From Candidatus Gastranaerophilales bacterium (GTDB lineage Bacteria > Cyanobacteriota > Vampirovibrionia > Gastranaerophilales > JANQFW01), in contig JANQFW010000056.1 in assembly GCA_028277625.1 (NCBI GenBank), positions 8,536 through 72,535 on the forward strand: a stretch of 64,000 nucleotides of DNA, in the 5' to 3' direction. Position numbers and translations under genes: made by a program. The notes beneath the pieces are model-generated. The model did no database searches. It was given only the letters and a program-made list of their open reading frames with translations, and was not told the origin of the DNA. Position 1 is the first letter of the stretch. Every line of letters starts with the position of its first letter. This document shows positions 10,008 through 17,165 of the stretch, one piece after another.

Positions 10008-10320
10008 AATTGATTCCTCCTTTTGATCGACTAATCTCGTAAATGTACTACTAAAAAATAATTGTGCTGAAAATTAAAGTAATAAAATAAGTATATAGAT
10101 GGACTATAGAAAATAGTAAACTATAAAAGGCTATAAACTTTTTATTGGTAATCCACGAATTTATTAATTTTTATAATTAATAAAAATAGATCTAATTTGC
10201 TAAAATGCTTTATCTTTAAATAAAATAATTAAACTTGTAATATGCTAAAATGCTTAATCTTAAAAAATGAAGTAAATAAATTTGTAATATGCTAATAAGT
10301 TTAAATAGGTGGTTCTTATT

Positions 10321-10351
10321 ATAATAAAAACAAAAAATGGCAAAAAATTGC
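10321..10351 (-). promoter_or_regulatory. conserved promoter-like block upstream of IDP2
   Basis: Minus strand GCAATT is at 10351-10346, followed by TTTGTTTTTATTATAAT. The block is ~310 nt upstream of the ATG. Confidence 0.5.
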
Positions 10352-10372
10352 TTAATTTAACTTTTTTATTAC

Positions 10373-10403
10373 GCAAAAAAAAGATCCCAATTATATTAGG
10401 ATC
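10373..10403 (-). terminator. rho-independent terminator of IDP3
   Basis: Minus strand GAUCCUAAU-AUA-AUUGGGAUC followed by U8. Confidence 0.8.
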
Positions 10404-10433
10404 AATCAGCACTAAGTTCTATTTGTAATGCAA

Positions 10434-11015
10434 TTATGCCGCTTTAGTTTGGGCATTATCTGCAGAGGATTTTTCTTCTAGTTTAGTTTTTAGTTTTTCA
10501 ACAACGTCATCAGGTACACCTAATTGTTTTAGTAATTTTGCAATTGCTTCTATAGGTCCGTCATCTTTTTGTCCACTATCGTTAGCTTGTAAAGGTGGTT
10601 GACCGCTACTTTGTGATGGTGTACTTGAAGGTGGGCTGCTTTTTGCTTGTGGGGTCGGTGGAGTGCTACTTGGTTTAGAAGAAGATGGTTTGCCTTTGCT
10701 TCCGCCGAGCTGAATATTGTTAAGGATATTTTTTATATCAAGCTTGTTTTTGCCTTTTTCTGCTCCAGTTTTACCTTTGTTTTCTTCAGGTCCGCCAGAT
10801 TTGCTAAATAAGCTTTTACCTTTGCCAGGTTTTCCACCTTTTTTGGTTTTTCCTGATTTGCCACCAAACATGCCGCCTTCTGGCCCTCCAGCTTTACCGC
10901 CTTTAAAGCCCTTGGCTCCTTTAGGTCCACCAGCTCTGCAGCCTTTGCCTCCTTTAGGTCCTCCGCCTTTGCCCATGCTAGTTGTTCCGCCTTTGTTAAA
11001 GCCTTGCATTTTCAT
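10434..11015 (-). CDS. IDP3: Gly/Lys/Pro-rich low-complexity protein
   Basis: ORF track, with an AAGGAGA SD and its own terminator. Runs such as GGPKGGKG...GGPKGAKGFKGGKAGGPEGG, and a C-terminal amphipathic island IEAIAKLLKQLGVPDDVVEKL. Confidence 0.8.
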   Translation of the reverse strand: MKMQGFNKGGTTSMGKGGGPKGGKGCRAGGPKGAKGFKGGKAGGPEGGMFGGKSGKTKKGGKPGKGKSLFSKSGGPEENKGKTGAEKGKNKLDIKNILNNIQLGGSKGKPSSSKPSSTPPTPQAKSSPPSSTPSQSSGQPPLQANDSGQKDDGPIEAIAKLLKQLGVPDDVVEKLKTKLEEKSSADNAQTKAA

Positions 11016-11264
11016 TATGAATTCTCCTTATTCTTTAGTTATCTCTCTCATTTGATAATAATAGGTAAAGGGATTAAAAAACTACATATACAAAGAATGT
11101 AGTATATGGATAACAAACAATGAGTTGAAGTTTATAAAATATAAGTTATTTAATATAATTTTTAATAATGTAATATTGCAAATGTGTAACTATGAATAAC
11201 ATGTAATCTGCTAAGTAATTATAGGGATTATTGGTATATATTAATTTTTTTTAGGGTAGTTAAT

Positions 11265-11295
11265 ATAATAAAAACAAAAGAGTATATAAAATTGC
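11265..11295 (-). promoter_or_regulatory. conserved promoter-like block upstream of IDP3
   Basis: Minus strand GCAATT is at 11295-11290, followed by TTTGTTTTTATTATATT. The block is ~250 nt upstream of the ATG. Confidence 0.5.
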
Positions 11296-11348
11296 CTCAT
11301 CTTTTATATTTTTTCTATATGGATAGCAAAAGCTACCCCTTACACCTT

Positions 11349-11385
11349 AAAAAAGAGGCTGTCCGCTTTTGTGGGACAACCTCTT
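11349..11385 (-). terminator. hairpin terminator of IDP4
   Basis: Minus strand GAGGUUGUCC-loop-GGACAGCCUC followed by UUUU. The plus-strand reading has a T7 run. Confidence 0.65.
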
Positions 11386-11435
11386 TTTTTATAATATTAT
11401 TTTTTATTTAGAATTTATTTGCGGTGGCTTTTTTA

Positions 11436-12176
11436 TTAACCACAATTACCACCTGGGCAACCTCCTCCTTTTTTCTTCTTGTCTTCGCTTACGATTTGTT
11501 TAATTTCATCAGGCTCTTTACTATATTTTTCTGCTAAAACTTGATAAGCTTGTTTTGGCTGTAATTTTTGGCCACCTTCAGGTCCGCCTTCTTTGTTGGC
11601 TTTTGTGTTACCACCAGGTCCGCCTGCGCCTTTAGGTCCGCCTTCACCGCCGCCACCCGTTAGCTTTTTATATTCTTGCTTAATTTTTGCTTTTTCGTCT
11701 CCGCCTTTGCCTTTACCTTCAGCTTTCTGTGGCCCTCCAGCGCCTTCAGGTCCGCCGGTTTGAGGGCTGCCGCCTCCGCCACCTCCTTGTTCCGCTGATT
11801 GCTCTTGTGGCTTACCTGTCTGTCCAGCTTCTTCAGGCTTTTTATCTTTACAGTCTTCGCAATCTTTGCCTTTACAAGCGTCACATAGTTTTTTGAATCC
11901 GTCTTTTAATGCATCTACAATGCCTTTGTCATTTTTGCCTTCTTCGCCTGGCTTAGCTTCGCCTGGCTTATTTTTGCCTGGTTCAGGTGTTTCACCTGGT
12001 TTTATTTCCTTAGCGCCTTTTGGCGGCTCCGATTTTTTTATTTCTAGTCCTTTAACAGGTTTATCTTTTGTTGCTGCTGCCGTTCCTCCCCCTGCATTAG
12101 GTCCTTTCTTAGCTGCTGCTGGTTGAGCTTTTGCTGCTTTAGCTGCTTGTGGTCTTGGTTTATTCTGTACTGCCAT
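11436..12176 (-). CDS. IDP4: Lys/Gly/Pro/Glu-rich low-complexity protein ending in GGGCPGGNCG
   Basis: ORF track, with an AAGGAGGA SD and its own terminator. It has an internal KLCDACKGKDCEDCKDKK cluster. Confidence 0.8.
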   Translation of the reverse strand: MAVQNKPRPQAAKAAKAQPAAAKKGPNAGGGTAAATKDKPVKGLEIKKSEPPKGAKEIKPGETPEPGKNKPGEAKPGEEGKNDKGIVDALKDGFKKLCDACKGKDCEDCKDKKPEEAGQTGKPQEQSAEQGGGGGGSPQTGGPEGAGGPQKAEGKGKGGDEKAKIKQEYKKLTGGGGEGGPKGAGGPGGNTKANKEGGPEGGQKLQPKQAYQVLAEKYSKEPDEIKQIVSEDKKKKGGGCPGGNCG

Positions 12177-12516
12177 AATGAATCCTCCTTAATAATATGC
12201 TTATCTCTCGTTTTATAAATTATTAATATAAATTATAAACTTATAGATAGAGTGTAATAATACTAATAAGTAAATATTTATTTAAATTTTATTTATTAAC
12301 TTTATTATAAAGATAAATATTAAAATTTTTTATCGTATAAATCCAGTTATAGATAAATATGTATGATATAAATCTTTTTGCGTCACCTACAATAGATAAA
12401 TATATTTAATATAAATCTTTACTACGTTAATAACCTACTAATAGTTAATTGATTTCTTGGGTAAAGTTGTAAACTGCTTAATGTTTAATTTATTTAACTG
12501 ATTATGTGTTGTTATT

Positions 12517-12547
12517 ATTATAAAAACAAATTAAGTTTTAAAATTGC
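12517..12547 (-). promoter_or_regulatory. conserved promoter-like block upstream of IDP4
   Basis: Minus strand GCAATT is at 12547-12542, followed by TTTGTTTTTATAAT. The block is ~340 nt upstream of the ATG. Confidence 0.5.
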
Positions 12548-12600
12548 TTAATTATTTTTTATTAGTAGGTTAGGAAAATAAAAAATAAATTAAATCCCCA

Positions 12601-12633
12601 CTAAAAAGGCCCTAATAACTTAAGATTAGAGCC
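12601..12633 (-). terminator. rho-independent terminator of IDP5
   Basis: Minus strand GGCUCUAAU-loop-AUUAGGGCC followed by UUUUU. Confidence 0.75.
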
Positions 12634-12666
12634 TTATACGATTTACTGATTTAATTTATATTCTAA

Positions 12667-13143
12667 TTATCCACCTGCTGTAGCGTTAGCTTGTTTTTGA
12701 TCTTTTTTACTTGGTCCCCGGGCTAGAACTTTCTTTATTATTTCTACTGTTGTATTTAATGCGTTTGCTATCTGTTTAAGTATTTTTTGAGGTATATTAG
12801 GACCTTTTTGATTTTGATTGTCTGTTTTCGTATTCTTAGAATTCTCGTTGTTAGCAGTCTTTGGTATATCTTTGCCTATTTTTTCTGTTGCACCTGAATC
12901 TGCTACATCCCCTTTCTTTTGTTTTTCACCAGCTTTTTCGCCATTGCTTGCTAATATTTTTAGAAATTCAGCCATTATTTGTTGAAATGTAGGTGCTTTT
13001 TGCCCAACTTTGTCAGTCTTGCCATTTGGAGACTTAGTTTCATGTATGCTTTTATCCTTTGTGCTGGCTGGGGTGGATGTTTGAGTATTTGTACCGCTAC
13101 CGCCTGTCGTAGGTGTTGCTACTTTTGGTTTTACTTGTGTCAT
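12667..13143 (-). CDS. IDP5: Lys/Thr/Asn/Gly-rich low-complexity protein
   Basis: ORF track, with a GAGGAGGA SD and its own terminator. Amphipathic islands FQQIMAEFLKILAS and ILKQIANALNTTVEIIKKVL. Confidence 0.75.
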   Translation of the reverse strand: MTQVKPKVATPTTGGSGTNTQTSTPASTKDKSIHETKSPNGKTDKVGQKAPTFQQIMAEFLKILASNGEKAGEKQKKGDVADSGATEKIGKDIPKTANNENSKNTKTDNQNQKGPNIPQKILKQIANALNTTVEIIKKVLARGPSKKDQKQANATAGG

Positions 13144-13494
13144 AATAAATCCTCCTCGTAATATTCTTGTCTCTCATTTTGTGATTATTTATATGTAATA
13201 ATAGCCATCAACTGCTTATATAATAGCTATAAGCTCTGACATTGTTTAACTCTAATTAACAGAATTAAACATACCACTACCACAAATGTGTTATCTAAAT
13301 AATGAATTATAATATATCGTAAAATACACTACTACTAGTTAAAGATAAATTTTAATACACTTTTAAAATAATCGCCTACTATACTACTAATTTTTAAATC
13401 TATAAATTAATACACTTTTTAAAATAACCTACTATACTTTGATATTATTAAATAATGAAGTAAAATTTTTATTTTTAAATTAAAGGTAGTTACT

Positions 13495-13525
13495 ATTATA
13501 AAAACAGACATTATTTTAAAATTGT
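13495..13525 (-). promoter_or_regulatory. conserved promoter-like block upstream of IDP5
   Basis: Minus strand ACAATT is at 13525-13520, followed by CTGTTTTTATAAT. The block is ~350 nt upstream of the ATG. Confidence 0.45.
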
Positions 13526-13540
13526 CCTTTTTTGATAGTC

Positions 13541-13576
13541 AAACAAAAACCTCTATAAATATAAAAAATAGAGGCT
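13541..13576 (-). terminator. rho-independent terminator of IDP6
   Basis: Minus strand CCUCUAU-loop-AUAGAGG followed by UUUUUGUUUG. Confidence 0.65.
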
Positions 13577-13605
13577 TTTACTAAAGGTTGTTTTGTTGGT
13601 TACCT

Positions 13606-14175
13606 TTATTTAGGTACACCAGGGGCAAGACCATCTGGCAACTTACCTATAGGAACACCTGTAATTGCTCCCATATCAGGACTTATATCGCTAGAGCTAT
13701 CTGTACTGGTGGGTTTTACTATTGAAGGCAACCCTGGGAAGAAATTACTTGATATTTTACCCCTAGGCACGTTTCTTACAGGACCATACATTGAACTAGG
13801 AAAGCTTGTTTTGGGTTTTACAAATAGTTGCCCATTTCCTTTAGCAGCCGGCTTTTTCGTTGATTTTACTGTGTCTTTTGTTGCTTTTAGCAAGTCTTCA
13901 TCTTTAGGTTTCTCTCCTTTATCTATATCTTTTTTAATTTTTTTCAAATCTTTTAATAAAGATTCGTTATCTTTCTTATCAAGCTTGTCACTCTTTTTTT
14001 CAAGTGTAGAAATTAAGGATTTTAGCCAAGCCTCTTCTCCTCCACCTTTGGCTCCAGTAGCTTTTTTATCAAAAACCGGCTTTTCATTATTTTTATTTTC
14101 TTTATTTCTGGATCCTCTAAGGCTCTTCGAAGATTTGCCTGTTCCTCTTGATCCGGTTACTCCGTCTAAAGCCAT
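13606..14175 (-). CDS. IDP6: Lys/Asp/Glu/Ser-rich low-complexity protein
   Basis: ORF track, with a GGAGAAGAGG SD region and its own terminator. Confidence 0.75.
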   Translation of the reverse strand: MALDGVTGSRGTGKSSKSLRGSRNKENKNNEKPVFDKKATGAKGGGEEAWLKSLISTLEKKSDKLDKKDNESLLKDLKKIKKDIDKGEKPKDEDLLKATKDTVKSTKKPAAKGNGQLFVKPKTSFPSSMYGPVRNVPRGKISSNFFPGLPSIVKPTSTDSSSDISPDMGAITGVPIGKLPDGLAPGVPK

Positions 14176-14386
14176 TTTTTAACCTCTTCTCCAAAAGTTT
14201 TAAAATCTCTCTTATATATGAGGAAGAAACAAAATTTTGTACCCTCCTCTGTCCCCTACCGAGGGGAAGTTCTACCAGGATTCGCTTTAGTTTGCTTTAG
14301 CTAACTTGCTTATCCTCTAAATTTTTAAGGAATAATTTTTTTAATATTCTCATTTACACAAGTTTAATATATATCTCTCTCTTATA

Positions 14387-14417
14387 TATATAAACAATTT
14401 GTTTCTTCAATAATTGC
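14387..14417 (-). promoter_or_regulatory. conserved promoter-like block upstream of IDP6
   Basis: Minus strand GCAATT is at 14417-14412, followed by AAATTGTTTATATATATAAGAGAGAG. The block is ~210 nt upstream of the ATG. Confidence 0.5.
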
Positions 14418-14437
14418 TATTTATTAAAAAAAAATTA

Positions 14438-14489
14438 ATAAAAAAATTCTCCCTTTTTCTTCTACTTTTATAGAATTAAAGGGAGAATT
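14438..14489 (-). terminator. rho-independent terminator of IDP7 (and possibly IDP8 read-through)
   Basis: Minus strand AAUUCUCCCUUU-loop-AAAGGGAGAAUU followed by UUUU. Confidence 0.7.
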
Positions 14490-14534
14490 TCTTCTTATTA
14501 CATTTGTTATTTAATAATTAGTTATTTTTTCGCC

Positions 14535-15230
14535 TTAGCTAGTAGTTGTCGTAGTTGTACTGCTAGAATTGCTACTTTTTTTCTCTTTATCATTATCATT
14601 GTCGCCCAGGTTATTTGTTGTATTACTCATTCCTTTATCAATAGGCAACTCTGGCTTAGTAGAAGTTGATGTAGAAGTTTGACCTGGCGTTGTAGTAGTT
14701 CTTGTAGTTGTAGTTTTTACGTTATTAAAGCTTTTCTCTTCTTTTTTGTCTCCATCGTTGTTAGTGGTAGTTTTGCTACTACTACTTTTAGATGTGTTAC
14801 CAGGTAAGCTTTGGCTGGTTGTACTAGCAGGTTTGGCGCTAGGTGTTGATGTTTGCTTAGCTATTGTTGTAGGTGTTTTACTGGTAGATGGTGGAGATTG
14901 TTTAACAATCGTTGTAGGCGATTTGCTAGTCGTAGGTGGTTGGCTTCTGCCTGCTGGCAACGCTTGTTTAGTCCCCGTAGCAGGAGCTTGACCATTTTTG
15001 CCTAACAAGCTCAAAAGTAAAGTCAATAATGTTTTTACTAAAGAATCTTGTGATTTGCCTGCAGTTTGAGGGGTGCCAGGTTTAGCAGGAGTCTTAGTTG
15101 ATTGAGGGGCGCCCGCTGTAAAAAGTGAGTTTGGTGCCTTGTTGGCAGTGCCACTACCGATATTTTTATTGGGTACACCTTTGCCAATATTGTTACTTAG
15201 GCCACCATTTATGCCTCCAAGTAAACTCAT
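14535..15230 (-). CDS. IDP7: Ser/Thr/Pro/Lys-rich low-complexity protein
   Basis: ORF track, with an AGAGAGGA SD. The N-terminus MSLLGGINGG and the island SLVKTLLTLLLSLLG are shared with IDP8. Confidence 0.8.
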   Translation of the reverse strand: MSLLGGINGGLSNNIGKGVPNKNIGSGTANKAPNSLFTAGAPQSTKTPAKPGTPQTAGKSQDSLVKTLLTLLLSLLGKNGQAPATGTKQALPAGRSQPPTTSKSPTTIVKQSPPSTSKTPTTIAKQTSTPSAKPASTTSQSLPGNTSKSSSSKTTTNNDGDKKEEKSFNNVKTTTTRTTTTPGQTSTSTSTKPELPIDKGMSNTTNNLGDNDNDKEKKSSNSSSTTTTTTS

Positions 15231-15301
15231 AGTTAATCCTCTCTTCTCTATTAAATTGTCTCTAACTCTCTAACGTAATTAAAAATATTAAACCATATAC
15301 T

Positions 15302-15332
15302 TATATAAACAATTCATATTCTTGGTAATTGT
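15302..15332 (-). promoter_or_regulatory. conserved promoter-like block upstream of IDP7
   Basis: Minus strand ACAATT is at 15332-15327, followed by GAATTGTTTATATAAG. The block is ~70 nt upstream of the ATG. Confidence 0.5.
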
Positions 15333-15395
15333 CATTTATTTCAAAAATAATTAATAATTAACAAAAAAATATATGATAATTTAAAACATTACGTA

Positions 15396-15782
15396 TTAGC
15401 CTTTCTTTTTAGAATCAGATTTTTTTATTATACTTTCAAGTAAAGTCACTAATGTTTTTACTAAAGAATTTTTTGATTCGCCTTTGCCATCAGTTTTAGT
15501 TTCTTGAGCTTGAGTGCTACCCTCTTCCGGTGCAGCCTCTTCACCGCCGGCAGGAATGCTACCTAGTACTGTATCGGTAATTCCTTGCGCTAAACCTAAT
15601 CCAGAATCGAAAATTGATCCTAAACCACCGCTAACACCTTTTAAACCTTGGCCTAGCCCTTTGCTAACGCCTTGACTAATACCTTTACTTACTCCTTTAC
15701 CGACGCCTTTGCTCACCCCTTTACTAATGCCTTTGCCAATTCCTTTGCTAATCCCCTTGCCGATGCCGCCAAGTAAACCCAT
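15396..15782 (-). CDS. IDP8: Gly/Lys/Ser repeat protein (GKG(I/V)SKG)n
   Basis: ORF track, with an AGAGAGGA SD. Its 5' UTR and N-terminus are near-duplicates of IDP7. No hairpin terminator was seen downstream. Confidence 0.75.
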   Translation of the reverse strand: MGLLGGIGKGISKGIGKGISKGVSKGVGKGVSKGISQGVSKGLGQGLKGVSGGLGSIFDSGLGLAQGITDTVLGSIPAGGEEAAPEEGSTQAQETKTDGKGESKNSLVKTLVTLLESIIKKSDSKKKG

Positions 15783-15860
15783 AGTTAATCCTCTCTTCTT
15801 TATTATTTTTTTCTAACTCTCTCTATTAAATCCAAACAGTTAAAATTCAATACATATATT

Positions 15861-15891
15861 TATATAAACAATTTGTGTCTCTGGTAATTGC
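15861..15891 (-). promoter_or_regulatory. conserved promoter-like block upstream of IDP8
   Basis: Minus strand GCAATT is at 15891-15886, followed by AAATTGTTTATATAAA. The block is ~75 nt upstream of the ATG. Confidence 0.5.
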
Positions 15892-15937
15892 TATATATTG
15901 CAAAAATAATAAATATTTCTTTAAAAAAGATATAACT

Positions 15938-15982
15938 TGTAAAAATCCCCACCTTAGCAAAGCTAGTGCTAAAGTGAGGATT
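15938..15982 (-). terminator. rho-independent terminator of IDP9
   Basis: Minus strand AAUCCUCACUUUAGCA-loop-UGCUAAGGUGGGGAUU followed by UUU. Confidence 0.7.
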
Positions 15983-16052
15983 TTAATCTATATAGTTATT
16001 AGTGCTTATAAATTAAATTTTAGATTATTTTTTTAGAGTTTGTTTTCTCTTC

Positions 16053-17018
16053 TTAGAGTGCTGGTATCGCAGGGTCTCCTGGCTGTCCAAATGGATTTTC
16101 AGCTGGAGCCTCATTTTGCTGTGCAGCATTTTGTCCTTCAAATAACTCAGGGTACATAGCTTTAACATCTGCTGGAGTTATTTCTCCATTCATCAATTGC
16201 TCAAGAACTTCAATTGGCAATTGCTCAAGAATTTCAGGAGGTATTTCCTCTTCAGCTGCAAGACCTTCTTCTGGTGGTACTTCTCCAGCTGCAGCTGCAC
16301 CGCCTGCTGCTGGTGCGCCTTCTTCTGGTGGCACTTCTTCGCCACCTCCACCTCCGCCAAACATGCCGCCCAATGAGCCTAAAGCACCACTTATTGCTTC
16401 GCCCAGCCCTCCAAGCATATCGCCAAATCCGCCTCCGCCTTCTTCAGCTGGTGCAGGTGGTTCACCTCCTGCTGGTGCTGGAGCACCACTGGCAGCTGTA
16501 GGTGCCGCTTCTCCAGTTGGAGCACTCGTTGGTGGAATGCTTGCTTCAGAAAGTGGTGATGCACCTGGTGGCATGCCTCCCGGTGCACCTGCTGGAGGAG
16601 CTCCTGGAGTTCCAGATGCGCCAAATGGGTTTGTAGCATCTTTTGAGAATGGACTTGAACTACTAAGTGTTTTTGGAGCTCCAAAAGCTGATTTGGTACC
16701 TAGATCACCTGGTTTAAGCAAGCTATTTGCTCCATTTGACTTTGACCCAAAGATACTGTTGTTGATAGTGGATCCTGCTCCTTTTGTTGGCTTAATGGAG
16801 CTTGGTGTGGCAGATTTTTTAGGTGCAGTAGCTTTTTTAGGCGCTGTAGTAATTGCAGGTTTCTTAGATGTAGCAGACTTTTTAGTCGCCGCAGGTTTAG
16901 CAGTCTTTTTAAACCTGGTAGCCCTTTTGGTGTTAGTAGGTTTTCTACTCTTGGCTTTGCTTCTTGACTTGCTCCTTGATTTGCTTCTAGATTTGGATTT
17001 ACCTCCAACTCTTGCCAT
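16053..17018 (-). CDS. IDP9: low-complexity protein with a basic (KSRS)n/(KKxAT)n N-block, an S/N/FG middle and an acidic P/A/G/E C-block
   Basis: ORF track, with a GAGAGGAGAG SD and its own terminator. It has the same three-block layout as IDP1. Confidence 0.8.
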   Translation of the reverse strand: MARVGGKSKSRSKSRSKSRSKAKSRKPTNTKRATRFKKTAKPAATKKSATSKKPAITTAPKKATAPKKSATPSSIKPTKGAGSTINNSIFGSKSNGANSLLKPGDLGTKSAFGAPKTLSSSSPFSKDATNPFGASGTPGAPPAGAPGGMPPGASPLSEASIPPTSAPTGEAAPTAASGAPAPAGGEPPAPAEEGGGGFGDMLGGLGEAISGALGSLGGMFGGGGGGEEVPPEEGAPAAGGAAAAGEVPPEEGLAAEEEIPPEILEQLPIEVLEQLMNGEITPADVKAMYPELFEGQNAAQQNEAPAENPFGQPGDPAIPAL

Positions 17019-17165
17019 AGTAGTTCTCTCCTCTCAAAAACTTGTATATATTTTTCTAAATATAATTCTCTCTTATTAATAATTTAAAATAGTCTAAAAT
17101 AGTCTCTCTTTTTATTTTTTTTAATAATACTGTGCAGCGAAATTATTTCTCTCATCTCTTATATA

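Noticed and set aside
8525-17079. ORF-track entries antisense to or out of frame with the IDP genes (for example 8525..8743, 8947..9312, 10717..11055, 10733..10930, 11660..11896, 11866..12126, 12979..13161, 13709..14182, 14746..14991, 16214..16501, 16363..17079, 16391..16684, 16700..17008)
   Set aside because: They are shadow frames of low-complexity, GC-richer coding sequence. They have no SD and no independent terminators, and they lie nested inside ORFs that have both.
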